This document shows, in pieces, positions 1 through 11,082 of a stretch of 64,000 nucleotides of DNA. A model generated the notes under the pieces. That model saw nothing but the letters and a program-made list of their open reading frames with translations, was not told where the DNA came from and made no database searches. Both the position numbers and the translations under genes were made by a program. The stretch is from Gammaproteobacteria bacterium (GTDB taxonomy: Bacteria > Pseudomonadota > Gammaproteobacteria > Eutrophobiales > Eutrophobiaceae): the NCBI GenBank assembly GCA_965243205.1, contig CBDEUK010000002.1:512001-576000 (forward strand), read 5' to 3'. Numbering within the stretch: the stretch's first letter is position 1; each line of letters begins with the position of its first letter.

Positions 1-2
1 TC

Positions 3-551
3 AACTTAGTTGATTTCATTCGATTAAAAGAAGAAGTAACACCACCAGATGAAGTCAAACCCGAACAAGAATTAGAAGAACCACCACCTCCCGATGAGGT
101 ACCTCCACCTCCAGATGTACCTCAACCCGAAGTATCAAAACCAGATGTATCACAGTTGGATGTTCAAATACCTAACTTAGACATTCCACTCAATGTTGAA
201 GGCACGCCTTTTATTGGAGATTTTGTTAAATCAGCACCAAACACATCTGATGCTGTTTCAATGAAAGCAAGTCGTGGCATATTAACGGACATCAAACCAA
301 CTTTAAAAGTACAACCAGAATACCCACGTCGAGCGTTACGTTCAGGGATTGAAGGAATTGTTGTTGTTGAATTTACTATTACTAAAGATGGGAAAGTAAA
401 AGACCCTGTGATTATCAAATCACCTTCAGATATTTTTAACCGTGCAGTACTCAAGGTAATTACTCGATGGCAATTTAACCCTGAAACTGAAAACGGTAAG
501 CCAATAGAAGTCCGCGCTCGACAAAATGTAAAATTCAAACTGCAAAAATAG
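3..551 (+). CDS. tonB: Energy transducer TonB (5' end outside window)
   Basis: Frame is open from base 3 through a Pro/Glu-rich linker (EEPPPPDEVPPPPDVPQP), then a TonB C-terminal domain (QPEYPRRALRSGIEGIVVVEFTI...WQFNP). Confidence 0.9.
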   Translation, partial: NLVDFIRLKEEVTPPDEVKPEQELEEPPPPDEVPPPPDVPQPEVSKPDVSQLDVQIPNLDIPLNVEGTPFIGDFVKSAPNTSDAVSMKASRGILTDIKPTLKVQPEYPRRALRSGIEGIVVVEFTITKDGKVKDPVIIKSPSDIFNRAVLKVITRWQFNPETENGKPIEVRARQNVKFKLQK

Positions 552-553
552 TT

Positions 554-1765
554 ATGATGAAAATACGCTTATTACTTTCTGCTTCAATTCTTTTAACTTT
601 AACGGCTTTTTCTTCTGTTAGCTTAGCTAAAGAACAAGCTCTATCTAGTCTATCTTATAAAGTAATATCAGCAGCTCAAGAATCATTAAGCGCGGGGCAA
701 CCAAAAGAAGCAATTAAGAAGATACGACCATTATTATCAAAAATTAAAGATAAACCTTATGATCAAGCCATAGCGTTTCAAACGTTAGGGTTCGCGTTTT
801 ATGAAGCGAATGATAGCAAAAATGCCAAAGCCGCATTTGCAAAAGCCATAAGTCTAAATGTACTACCAAAAGATGTGCAGCAAAAATTATTATTCAATCT
901 AACAAAAATTTATTCCTTGGATAATGATGATAAACAAGCAAAAATCTACCTTGAAAAATGGCTTAATACTAAACCTAAAATGGATACGGACGGTTATATA
1001 CTAGCCGCAATGGTTTACTATAACCTACAACAATACCAATCGATGATACCTCATCTAAAGTCTGCAATTAAATTGAAAAAAAATGCGCCTACTAATTGGT
1101 ATGAATTATTAGGTTCTGCTTATATCCAAATTAAACAATATAAAAATGCTGCTTCAGTCTATGAATCATTGGTTCGTAAAAAACCAACTGAAAAACAATT
1201 ATGGTTACAACTTGCTACCATTTATCAATTAGCAAACAACAGTAAGAAATCATTGGCTATATCTGAATTAGCTTATAAAAAAGGCTTGTTCAATGAAAAA
1301 GAAATTTTAAATTTAGCAAACAGTTACAATTATCATAATATGCCATTTAAAGCTGGCACATTACTGGAACAAGAATTATCTAATGGCTCTATCAAACGTA
1401 CTAAAAAAACTTTAGAGCTACTAGCGAATAGTTGGATCCTTGCGCAAGAACAAACTAAAGCGATAAAAACGTTAACAACTATTTCAAAAAATAGCCCTAG
1501 TTCCGATATTAGTTTTCGACTTGGTCAGCTCTACTATGAAACTGAAAAGTGGGATAAAGCAATTGCAGCATTTAAAACGGTTGTTGAAGATAAAGATTAT
1601 AAACTACGTTCTAAAGCGCTAATATTTCTAGGTATTGCAGCATACGAACAAAATGAGTTAGCTTTATCTGAAAAATCTTTCACGCGTGCTTTATCTTATA
1701 AACAAACTAGAAATCATGCGGAGCAATGGTTGCGACAATTAAAATCTAAACAGGCAAATAGCTAA
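554..1765 (+). CDS. Periplasmic TPR-repeat protein of the TonB operon
   Basis: Signal peptide, helical TPR-like repeats, 2 bp after tonB; typical of exbBD-tonB-TPR operons. Confidence 0.8.
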   Translation: MMKIRLLLSASILLTLTAFSSVSLAKEQALSSLSYKVISAAQESLSAGQPKEAIKKIRPLLSKIKDKPYDQAIAFQTLGFAFYEANDSKNAKAAFAKAISLNVLPKDVQQKLLFNLTKIYSLDNDDKQAKIYLEKWLNTKPKMDTDGYILAAMVYYNLQQYQSMIPHLKSAIKLKKNAPTNWYELLGSAYIQIKQYKNAASVYESLVRKKPTEKQLWLQLATIYQLANNSKKSLAISELAYKKGLFNEKEILNLANSYNYHNMPFKAGTLLEQELSNGSIKRTKKTLELLANSWILAQEQTKAIKTLTTISKNSPSSDISFRLGQLYYETEKWDKAIAAFKTVVEDKDYKLRSKALIFLGIAAYEQNELALSEKSFTRALSYKQTRNHAEQWLRQLKSKQANS

Positions 1766-1778
1766 TTTATTAATAGAA

Positions 1779-3050
1779 TTAAGCAATATCAAAATTACCC
1801 TGTTCCGCAGCATTAAGTACATCGATAAATTCTTGTGCAGTTTGATATCTATCTTCTGGGTTCTTCGCCATAGCCTTATCAATAATTGATTGGTAATGCA
1901 TCATATGGGAAGGCAATCTTGGTATTTCATTATTGACATGCTGAAAAATCAACGCTGATGGCGACTTCCCCATATAAGGCTTATGTTTAGTCAGTAATTC
2001 ATAATAAATAACACCAGCGCTATAAATATCTGAACGTTCATCTGTCGGTCTACCCAAACCTTGTTCCGGACTCATGTAATGTGGTGTCCCCAATATTTGA
2101 CCAACTGCAGTTAGATCACCATCATCATATAGATTTTTTGAAATCCCAAAATCAGCCAAAGCTAAACTATCATCACCACGAAACATGATATTGGCAGGTT
2201 TAATATCACGATGAATAATGCCAACTTTATGGATAGCAGCTAACCCATGCACAATATGATTGATATATAAAGTTGCAATCTCAGCATCGAAATTAAGTTC
2301 TAAACGATGTTTAAGATCACCTCGAGGAAAAAACTCGATTACGATATAAACATAATCATTATTTGTTACACCATATTCAAAAATATTCGCAACAAATGGA
2401 TTATTCAGTTGTGAGAGTAATTTTGCTTCTTGAATAAAGCGTTTTATATAGGTTTCACTTTGAACATTAGAGATATTGAGTATTTTGAGTACAACACTCT
2501 GTTGATCTTCTAGACGTTCTGCTAAAAAAACGTCCGAGGTCAAACCACCACCTATACGACTGACAAATTTATAACTGGACGACATATCCGATGTCATTTT
2601 TGATTCACGCAATTCATCCAACATATCGTTAGCATCGCGCACTGTTTTATCATGATGAGCTTGCTTACGCGGTGTAAACTGTAGTGCGTCAGCAATCATT
2701 TCATTTAAACGACCACCTGTCACGTCGCGCTTATTAATGTAATCACTCGCGCCAATCTTCATAGCCCTCAAAGCGACATATTCGTCACCTTCAGCTGTTA
2801 GAACAATTGTTGGTGGATAACCGGAAAGAGTTTGAAATTCTTCGAGCCAAGTGAGTCCGTCTTCTTTGCCCAATTGATAATCAAGAATAACCACATCATA
2901 TTCAGACCAATTAAAGCTGTGATCGGGTTTGGGCAATCTTAGTGCATCGTATTCATGGACTTGAACATCCTCGACTTCACGTTTTAACCAAATTTTTAAT
3001 AAAGCTCGATACTCTTCTGAATCGTCTATGATAAGAACACTAATAGCCAT
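1779..3050 (-). CDS. Receiver (REC) domain fused to a Hanks-type Ser/Thr kinase
   Basis: REC motifs (LIIDD, ILDY, LTA, DYINK) plus kinase motifs IGGG, VLK, HRDIKPAN, DFG, GTPHYMSPEQ. Confidence 0.9.
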   Translation of the reverse strand: MAISVLIIDDSEEYRALLKIWLKREVEDVQVHEYDALRLPKPDHSFNWSEYDVVILDYQLGKEDGLTWLEEFQTLSGYPPTIVLTAEGDEYVALRAMKIGASDYINKRDVTGGRLNEMIADALQFTPRKQAHHDKTVRDANDMLDELRESKMTSDMSSSYKFVSRIGGGLTSDVFLAERLEDQQSVVLKILNISNVQSETYIKRFIQEAKLLSQLNNPFVANIFEYGVTNNDYVYIVIEFFPRGDLKHRLELNFDAEIATLYINHIVHGLAAIHKVGIIHRDIKPANIMFRGDDSLALADFGISKNLYDDGDLTAVGQILGTPHYMSPEQGLGRPTDERSDIYSAGVIYYELLTKHKPYMGKSPSALIFQHVNNEIPRLPSHMMHYQSIIDKAMAKNPEDRYQTAQEFIDVLNAAEQGNFDIA

Positions 3051-3278
3051 TGCTGTACTTAATTAAATTCCAATATTGTTCGAAAATTGATTCATTTATT
3101 ACAAATAAGATGCTAAATCATAGCAGAATTATTAACAGAGTCACGCTTTCCTTTTTAATTCAACGACTTATAGAAATAAAGTTGTTTTTATCAGTGCTTT
3201 ATGCTTGACAATATTAATTATTCTTACTGATTTAAGATACAACTCAAGAGGATGGGTTCAAGAATATATATTATTACC

Positions 3279-5039
3279 TTAAACAAAGACCATATCGAGT
3301 AGAATAGATGACACATTACTCCATTTTGGATTCATTTCATAATCCAATAATTTATGCGCCAAAGATAATTTCTTTTTATGTGATGTGAAATAAAACGGTT
3401 TTCTAGAACTGACTATGGGAAATTTAGCAACCATTTTTTCAATGCCTTCCACCATAGATGTGTTATGTATCCAACCTCTGCCACTTTGAATATTACTTAA
3501 GACAGATCCTGGATAAGCACCCCAAGCAGCAGCAGCGGTGATAAAACTTAAAGCTGTGAAAGAAGAGTTAATAGCGACCGTGCCATATTCTAAATCTGTT
3601 ATTGTCTTTTCTAGAGCTGATGAGATTTGTTTATTTTTTGCAGAACGTGGATCAATGATAATACTTGCACTTAAAGTACCCCACACTTTATTGTTCACAA
3701 AATAGACTGCTTTATTCAGAAATGCCAATTCATCTTCTGCATTGAGTGTTGTTTCACTGATCACAGCACAGAAAGGCTCATTTTGATATAACTCAAAATC
3801 ATATTGATCTTCAGATATACCTTTTGCAAACGCCCATGGTGTAGAATGTTTTTGCTCTTCTCCAAGCACTTTAAATTTCATTGAACTCATAACCATATTA
3901 TGCCAACGTTCTTTGGCTCCTGGATAATAAGCTCTTCGAGGTTCTAATTTAGAAATTTCTGTTTCTAACAATGTTAAAAATTCAGCCCGTTGCGGCCAGT
4001 ATTTATATGTGAACAATGAAACTGGAACTGAACACATATAGCCTGAGTTAAAATTTAATGAGCTTGCAATATCTTCTGCTTGGAAAGCTAACTCTTCTTT
4101 TGTGTATTTGCCTGGAAATATAATAACAGGGGAAATATTGCCTAATGCGGAAGTACTTGGTTTAGTATTAACTGGAAGGTTACGTGCCATTCTATTTGCA
4201 CGCTCAGTTCCTGGTGCTCCCCAATAAATATAGTCATGCGTTTTATTAGAACCAGTAATATGCAACTCATCTATTTCATCATGATTTAATAAACGTTTTG
4301 CTTGTTCTACCTTACCATATACGACGGCTAAATAGTTTTTTTCAATCGCTTCTTTAAATGCTTCTTCAATAAAGTAACCTAGATAAGCATTTACTGGGTT
4401 CATCTTTAAAATACATGACTTACCTTCATTGAACATTTTGGTAAGCACATCCATAGCAGGTATAGATGATAAATTACCTGCTCCTAGTATTAATACAATT
4501 TTTCCATCGTGTTTATTGTTACGATAAAAAGAGGCTCTATTCTTTTCTAATGCGTTTAAATCATAATTTTTATCCATACGCATTTCTATAGATGCTTCTT
4601 TAAATAAAGTTTTATCAATTAATCTATTTGGAAAAATAGGAATACTTAATTGGCCATTCGATAATGTAGCTGGTTGTTCAATCTTAGTAGTGCCTGTCTT
4701 TTTAATTTGCTCCAAAGATTCTTTGAGTAAGCGTAAATGGCGGAAGATACATAATGGACCTGATATCCACTCTTCTCCTTCAGCAGGTGTGCCAAACTCT
4801 ATACCTTTAGCAGCGCAACTTGCTTGAACACTACGCTTTGTGACCTTTTTAAAACCTTGGTGAATAGAATCGATAAGTGAAATACGAGATTCAATAGATA
4901 AGTTAGCAAATTCTTGTTTAGACTGATTAAGGCGCTCAACAATATCATTAATCTGATACTTATTTGTATCAACAGGTGCTTCTATCACCGGTTGAAATTC
5001 ATAATCAGAAAATGTTTTATTAAAAACTGCTGCTGTCAT
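3279..5039 (-). CDS. Aldehyde dehydrogenase family protein
   Basis: LGAGN, LKMNPVN, HITGS, NSGYMC (catalytic Cys), EPFC, YGTVAIN motifs. Confidence 0.8.
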   Translation of the reverse strand: MTAAVFNKTFSDYEFQPVIEAPVDTNKYQINDIVERLNQSKQEFANLSIESRISLIDSIHQGFKKVTKRSVQASCAAKGIEFGTPAEGEEWISGPLCIFRHLRLLKESLEQIKKTGTTKIEQPATLSNGQLSIPIFPNRLIDKTLFKEASIEMRMDKNYDLNALEKNRASFYRNNKHDGKIVLILGAGNLSSIPAMDVLTKMFNEGKSCILKMNPVNAYLGYFIEEAFKEAIEKNYLAVVYGKVEQAKRLLNHDEIDELHITGSNKTHDYIYWGAPGTERANRMARNLPVNTKPSTSALGNISPVIIFPGKYTKEELAFQAEDIASSLNFNSGYMCSVPVSLFTYKYWPQRAEFLTLLETEISKLEPRRAYYPGAKERWHNMVMSSMKFKVLGEEQKHSTPWAFAKGISEDQYDFELYQNEPFCAVISETTLNAEDELAFLNKAVYFVNNKVWGTLSASIIIDPRSAKNKQISSALEKTITDLEYGTVAINSSFTALSFITAAAAWGAYPGSVLSNIQSGRGWIHNTSMVEGIEKMVAKFPIVSSRKPFYFTSHKKKLSLAHKLLDYEMNPKWSNVSSILLDMVFV

Positions 5040-5301
5040 CTTGCGACCCTCCCTACATCAATACAAACTAAGAGGACATTCTCTAGTACTAATGCCGATA
5101 CAAAACATGAATACAAACTACAAATGGTTGGGGATAATTCCGTTTTTTATTGTTTTTTATTAAGTAATATCATATTACTTTTTCATAACAATTTCACGAC
5201 AAGAAATTATTTCATAAAAAATAATATTCAGTTTTGATATCAATCATTTAATGATATTTATTAATTTGAGATGGGCAGAAGATAATACTTTCGTACTATA
5301 A

Positions 5302-8300
5302 CTATTGAGCAGATTTAAAGTTTCCAAACTTATGCATCACGGAAGGCATGATCAATAAATTAAGTATCGTCGAAGAAATTAAACCACCAATAATTATCGC
5401 GGCCATGGGCCCCATAATTTCTCGACCTGGGTTATCGCTATCAAGTGCTATCGGCAACATGGCTAACGCTGTTACTAAAGCCGTCATTAGTATAGAAGGT
5501 AATCGTTCTTGTGCGCCACGAATCACCGTTTCTATATTCCACGACATTTCTTCAACATGAATTAAATGTTCATAATGGCTAATTAACATAATTGAATTTC
5601 TCACTGTAATACCAAATAAAGTAACAAACCCAACTAAAGAACCAACAGATAAAGAAGCTCCAGTAATAACCGCAGCAGCAACACCACCTACCATTGAGAA
5701 AGGAAGATTTAACATGATTAAAAACATGTGACGAATAGATCCAACAGCGATAAGAATTAAAATAAGAATAAATGCACCAACTAAAATAGAATGTACAAAC
5801 AATTCTTCTTTTGCTTTAGCTCTTTCTAAAGCAGCACCAGTAAATTCAGGCGAAGTCACTCCATCAAAATTAATTTTATCTAGAATTTTTTGCTCAGCTT
5901 CTTCGATGAACGATATTAAATCTCTATCTTTCACATGAGAAGTGACTGACTGTAAACGTTGAGCATTCTGATGAAGAATATTATAACGACCAGTTATTTG
6001 TTCAATTTGCGCTACATCTTGCAACTCTATAATTCGTCCATTATTTGTCTTTATAGGTAAAGAATATAGATTATTTATATTGTTTCGACTTTCATCCAAG
6101 ATAACATTAATATCCCTTATTAAAGCTCCTTCTTGATAATTTCCAACAACAACTCCCTGGTATGAAGTTTTGACAACTTCAAAAACATCTAATGGTCTTA
6201 AGCCATATTGACTCAATTCATCTTCTTGAACATCAATCGACATGACTGGAGTACCAGAAACCGCTCTAATTTGAACATCTGTCGCGCCATCTATTGTTCT
6301 TAATGTTTCTGCAATTTCTTTAGATTTTTGATCCAAAGTATTTAAGTCATTACCATATATATTGATAACGACTGGAGAGGAATATCCCGAGATTGTTTCA
6401 AAGATACGCTCTGATAAAAAATTATGAGCTTCGAATAATAATCCTGGAAAAGAAATTAATATCTCTCTTATTTCATCTAAAACTTTCTGTTGTTCCTGAC
6501 CACTTAAAGTATATAAGTCAACTTCAAACTCGCTGTAATGACTACCAAAACTATCAGCACTTCTTTCTGCTCTACCAGCCCACTGAGAAATAGAGCGGAC
6601 GCCATTTATATTGATAATTTCTTCTGAAATATTATTACCAGTTCTAATAGATTCTTCTAATGCAGTTCCAGGTTGCATAGTGGTATGGACAATATAATGC
6701 CCTTCTCTTAATTTAGGTAAGAAGCTACCACCCAAGTCATGTAAATATGAAATCCCAAACAAACATAAGACTATCGATAAAATTAAAGTAAGAATTGGCA
6801 TTGAGCAGGTAGCACGTAATACCCATGAATAGATAGGCTGGATAAATCTTAATAAAGGAGGTTCATTAGATTTCAAATTATCATTAGCGAGTAAGATATA
6901 AGACAATGCTGGAGTTACAGTCAAAGCAACGAATAACGACATCATAATTGAAAGAATATAAGCTATTCCTAGTGGAGAAAATAATCGCCCAGCTAAACCA
7001 CTTAACGTTAGTAGAGGAATAAACGCTGCAGCCACAATAAAAGTTGCATAGACAACGGAACCTCTTACCTCCATAGATGCATCATAAACTACTTTTGATA
7101 ATGGCTCTGGATTTTTTAATTTTCGATTTAATCTTAATCTACGATAAATATTTTCTGTGTCGATAATGGCATCATCTACTACTTCTCCTAATGCTATAGC
7201 CAAACCTCCAATGATCATAATATTAAGATTTATTCCCGCTTCAATAAGAACAATAATTGCACTCATCAAAGATAAAGGAATCGCAACTACAGATATAAAA
7301 GCTGTGCGAACATTAAATAAAAACAGAAAAATTATGATGACAACAAAAAAACCACCTACTAATAAATGTCCAAAAATACTTTTTATTGAGTTTTCAATAT
7401 AGTTTGCTGGGCGAAACAGATCGGAATAAAGCTTAATGCCTTGTTTAGTTAAAATAACTTCGTAATCTTTTAATACATTTTCAATGTTATTTGTAACAGC
7501 AAGCGTGTTTGCATCGAATTGTCCTATTATCATCATAACAATACCTGAATCACCCATAATCGATGCTGCACCTATCGCAGGTTCAGGCCCATAAAAAATA
7601 TCTGCTACGTCTTCTAGATAAATAGTATTTTCAGTAAATTGTTTTAGTACTATACCTCCAATATCTTCTGGCTTAATTGTTTTACTATCAAAACTTAAAG
7701 TGATTCTTTGATTAGAATTTTCTATAAATCCAGACCCAAAAATCACACTGGCTTTTTTAGCACTGTTTAATACTTCGTCGATACCTATCGAATACAGTTT
7801 TAATTTTTCAGGCTTTATTTGTATTTGTAATTGCTTAACATGCCCACCAAAAATATTAACATCAGCAACTCCAGGAACACTTAATAAACGAGGAACCAAA
7901 CCAGAATCAACAACTGTTCTTAAATCGATTAAATCAAGAATGTCTGATTGCACACCGATTGTCATGACAGTTGCTGAAGATGATGCCATTGGTGCTGGAA
8001 CAACAGCACCAACACCTTCAGGTAACTGGCTATTAATACCCATAAGACGTTCATTGATAAGTTGTCGATTACGAAAAACATCGGTATCTTCCTTGAAAAA
8101 AACATTCACGATGGATAAACCTTGAATAGATTCCGAACGAATTTTATCTAACCCTATCATTCCCATTAAGGCATTCTCTATTGGCTGCGTTACTAAAACT
8201 TCTACTTGTTCGGTGGAAAAACCGCGAGCCTCAGTTTGCAAAACAACCAGTTTAGGAGAAAATTCAGGAAATATATCTAAACCCGCATTATTGATTCTAT

Positions 8301-8385
8301 ATGCTCCATACAAAATCAACATACAGGATATAAAAATAATTACCCCACTGTATCTAATAGAGAAACGAATTAGTGATGCAAGCAT
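5302..8385 (-). CDS. RND efflux permease, CusA/CzcA (heavy-metal) type
   Basis: 1027 aa, DIFPEF, GEVVDDAIIDTENI, ERLPSILMTAL, two blocks of transmembrane helices. Confidence 0.9.
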   Translation of the reverse strand: MLASLIRFSIRYSGVIIFISCMLILYGAYRINNAGLDIFPEFSPKLVVLQTEARGFSTEQVEVLVTQPIENALMGMIGLDKIRSESIQGLSIVNVFFKEDTDVFRNRQLINERLMGINSQLPEGVGAVVPAPMASSSATVMTIGVQSDILDLIDLRTVVDSGLVPRLLSVPGVADVNIFGGHVKQLQIQIKPEKLKLYSIGIDEVLNSAKKASVIFGSGFIENSNQRITLSFDSKTIKPEDIGGIVLKQFTENTIYLEDVADIFYGPEPAIGAASIMGDSGIVMMIIGQFDANTLAVTNNIENVLKDYEVILTKQGIKLYSDLFRPANYIENSIKSIFGHLLVGGFFVVIIIFLFLFNVRTAFISVVAIPLSLMSAIIVLIEAGINLNIMIIGGLAIALGEVVDDAIIDTENIYRRLRLNRKLKNPEPLSKVVYDASMEVRGSVVYATFIVAAAFIPLLTLSGLAGRLFSPLGIAYILSIMMSLFVALTVTPALSYILLANDNLKSNEPPLLRFIQPIYSWVLRATCSMPILTLILSIVLCLFGISYLHDLGGSFLPKLREGHYIVHTTMQPGTALEESIRTGNNISEEIININGVRSISQWAGRAERSADSFGSHYSEFEVDLYTLSGQEQQKVLDEIREILISFPGLLFEAHNFLSERIFETISGYSSPVVINIYGNDLNTLDQKSKEIAETLRTIDGATDVQIRAVSGTPVMSIDVQEDELSQYGLRPLDVFEVVKTSYQGVVVGNYQEGALIRDINVILDESRNNINNLYSLPIKTNNGRIIELQDVAQIEQITGRYNILHQNAQRLQSVTSHVKDRDLISFIEEAEQKILDKINFDGVTSPEFTGAALERAKAKEELFVHSILVGAFILILILIAVGSIRHMFLIMLNLPFSMVGGVAAAVITGASLSVGSLVGFVTLFGITVRNSIMLISHYEHLIHVEEMSWNIETVIRGAQERLPSILMTALVTALAMLPIALDSDNPGREIMGPMAAIIIGGLISSTILNLLIMPSVMHKFGNFKSAQ

Positions 8386-8400
8386 AACCTTTTACTTGTA

Positions 8401-9522
8401 TTAAGGTTTATCATCTTCATCTGGAATAAAATTTCTGAACTCTTCAGATAACAATAATTGTGCTCCCTCAACGACAACTTTATCACCAGGAGTAAAATTT
8501 TCTGAAACGAACCAACCTGAGCCCGTGTCAATAGGATTTACCAGTGCTTTTTTTATGAAATATTCATCGTATTCCTGAACATAAGCCCATGGCACGCCTA
8601 GGTGCCAAATGATGGAAGAATCAGGAACAACTACACCATGAAGATATCGTTCGTTTTTGGGAATCCAAACATTGAGTCTCATACCAGGTCTTAAATTTTT
8701 TGAATCTGTATGTAAATAAAAACTTTCTCCTTGTATAGAACTATTAATTACGTTTGAAGCTGAGATTAAACTAGCCTCTCGCGCTTCTAATCTATTATTG
8801 TTTTTATTTATAAAAACAGTTTTAATATTTTCAGGCATTGTTTGATTTGGCTTTAAACTCAAAAGAATAAGTGATTGTTTAAAACCTAATAAGTCTTGAT
8901 ACAAATCCGATTTATCAAATAATACTATTTCAACTAACTCTTTGCCCCATTTTTGGGTCATACTATTTTGATGATTCGTAAGAGAAATTTTAAGTCGATT
9001 AAGTTTAGACGCATCAAGATCTTTCAGCACTTTAGCTTCCAATAACTTCCTTGAAGAAACATTATCTGTTCTACTGTTAAGTTCTTTTAAGTTCTTATAA
9101 ACATTTGTGGTATTCGCTAAATTAATTTTAGCAATTTCGATATCTGCTATGATTAATTCATAAGCACTCTTATCTTTTTGTAATTCTTCTAAAGAAATAA
9201 CATTTGCATAAGCTAAGATTTCTTCCCTGAATTCTTGAATTTTAACCACTTCAGTTTTTAAGCCACTTATAAATTGTTGCTGCGCATTAAGGTTCACATA
9301 AATTAAATCATTTTTTTGTACCAATCTAAGTGGAACATCATCATCGTCATCATCTGAAAAATCTTTCTCCTCATCATTATTGCTATCGCCATCTTCCTCT
9401 AACTCGGAAATTTCGAAATTCTCTCCAAAAAATGAACTCATAAATGATGTTTTTTCTAACAAGAGCCAAGTGATAATTAAAAATATAATGGCAACAATGA
9501 TAAATCTGATAAAATTTTTCAT
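8401..9522 (-). CDS. RND periplasmic adaptor (membrane fusion protein)
   Basis: N-terminal anchor, LRPGM, VVPDSSIIW, GDKVVVEGAQLLLSEE; lies between TolC-like and RND genes. Confidence 0.85.
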   Translation of the reverse strand: MKNFIRFIIVAIIFLIITWLLLEKTSFMSSFFGENFEISELEEDGDSNNDEEKDFSDDDDDDVPLRLVQKNDLIYVNLNAQQQFISGLKTEVVKIQEFREEILAYANVISLEELQKDKSAYELIIADIEIAKINLANTTNVYKNLKELNSRTDNVSSRKLLEAKVLKDLDASKLNRLKISLTNHQNSMTQKWGKELVEIVLFDKSDLYQDLLGFKQSLILLSLKPNQTMPENIKTVFINKNNNRLEAREASLISASNVINSSIQGESFYLHTDSKNLRPGMRLNVWIPKNERYLHGVVVPDSSIIWHLGVPWAYVQEYDEYFIKKALVNPIDTGSGWFVSENFTPGDKVVVEGAQLLLSEEFRNFIPDEDDKP

Positions 9523-9523
9523 G

Positions 9524-10981
9524 TTATTGATCTTTATTTATTCTTAATTCTATAAGTTTTGAAACAAGTCGTTTTATATTCACTTGGTCAAATACTGGAT
9601 ATTGAACGACTGATTGTAATTCACCAACTGCTAAAACTTCCTCTACGGTTAGTTTAATCAATGATTGCTGTAAATTAATACGTTCTAATTCTGCACGTAA
9701 AAACTCTAATCGATCAATTGCACCCAACTCATATTGAGTTTGAATTATCTCATGTCTTTGATGAAATTGGTCTAATAAATCAAGTGCTATTTTTCTCGCA
9801 ACAACACGTAAATTAAAATCATTTAATCGATATTGAATTTGATTAAGCATTTTAGTTTGCATAGAAATAATTTGTTGTTGTTGTTTTTCTCTAACCTTCA
9901 TCGCTTTATCAATTGCTGGTTCATTGTTATGCAATAAAGGTAAAATCCAACTTAATCCTAAGGAAAGTATTTGATCGCCTTGATCATAAACAAACCCAGG
10001 TGACAAATTAACATCAGGGTATTGCTGTTCGATTTGTAATTTTAATTCTGCTTCGTTTCTCAAATAAGTTTGTAATGCTATTAAAAAATCTGTGCGTTGA
10101 TGAATTGCGGCTTCTTTTAAATCTTGTTCTGATAAATCAAAACTTGTATAAAATTCCAAATCTAATGTGAAAAAGAGTTCTGTAATATCCAAGGCTCTTT
10201 TATCAACACCTATCAAAGTCAATATCGTATGATATGCCTGATGCATGTTTCTAATATATTGAGTCTGCTCCAATAATTCACGTTGCAGACTTAATCGCGC
10301 TGTTGAGATTTCAAAGTTACTTGCTTCACCAAACTCTCGACGTTTTAATAATAAATCTACTACTTCAGCTTTTATTTCAATTTCTTTTTTTAAAATATTC
10401 AACTGGTATTTATTAAGATAAAATTCCCAATAAGCTCGATAAAGATTTAAATATAATTCCCATGCCTTATTTTCTATCTGCAATTTTGATTGCTGTATAT
10501 TTGCTTCAGCGATTAAGGTTTTTGCATCGCGCTTACCTTGGCGTTCGTAAAAGAAGCTTTTAACTAATCCAATTGTCCAGGGTGAAAAGCCATCAAATAT
10601 TTCGCTGTGATATTCAAGAGGAATTTGTATGGTGGGATTGGTACGTGTTAATGCAACAATTTTTTGAGACTCTTGTATTGGGATGTCTTGAATCAAGGTT
10701 TGTATTTCAGGGTTGAAATACAACATAGATACCGTTAAAAAATCTAAATCTTTATTATCAATATTGAAACTTGCTATTTCAGATTGGATAATTTTTTGGA
10801 ATGACTCATCACTGAATGCTTTATCATCTATTTGATGATAAATATCATCCGTATCTATCGGCTCAGCGATATATTCTTGCTTAGTACACGATACTAAAAC
10901 AAACACAATCACTAAAATGAATGGTATTAGACATGAAGTGAGTTTGCTTGAGCTTTTGTTATTATAGTGTTTAATATTCAA
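9524..10981 (-). CDS. TolC/CzcC-family outer membrane efflux lipoprotein
   Basis: Lipobox LVSC, helical OEP repeats, QYPDVNLSPG; operon context. Start codon uncertain. Confidence 0.8.
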   Translation of the reverse strand: MNIKHYNNKSSSKLTSCLIPFILVIVFVLVSCTKQEYIAEPIDTDDIYHQIDDKAFSDESFQKIIQSEIASFNIDNKDLDFLTVSMLYFNPEIQTLIQDIPIQESQKIVALTRTNPTIQIPLEYHSEIFDGFSPWTIGLVKSFFYERQGKRDAKTLIAEANIQQSKLQIENKAWELYLNLYRAYWEFYLNKYQLNILKKEIEIKAEVVDLLLKRREFGEASNFEISTARLSLQRELLEQTQYIRNMHQAYHTILTLIGVDKRALDITELFFTLDLEFYTSFDLSEQDLKEAAIHQRTDFLIALQTYLRNEAELKLQIEQQYPDVNLSPGFVYDQGDQILSLGLSWILPLLHNNEPAIDKAMKVREKQQQQIISMQTKMLNQIQYRLNDFNLRVVARKIALDLLDQFHQRHEIIQTQYELGAIDRLEFLRAELERINLQQSLIKLTVEEVLAVGELQSVVQYPVFDQVNIKRLVSKLIELRINKDQ

Positions 10982-11082
10982 ACTTCGTCTACTATCTTGT
11001 TGAATAATATGATAAATGCCATATTAACCGAATCCTGTTTATTAATCATGTAACATTATTCTGAAACGACAGTCATATCGAT

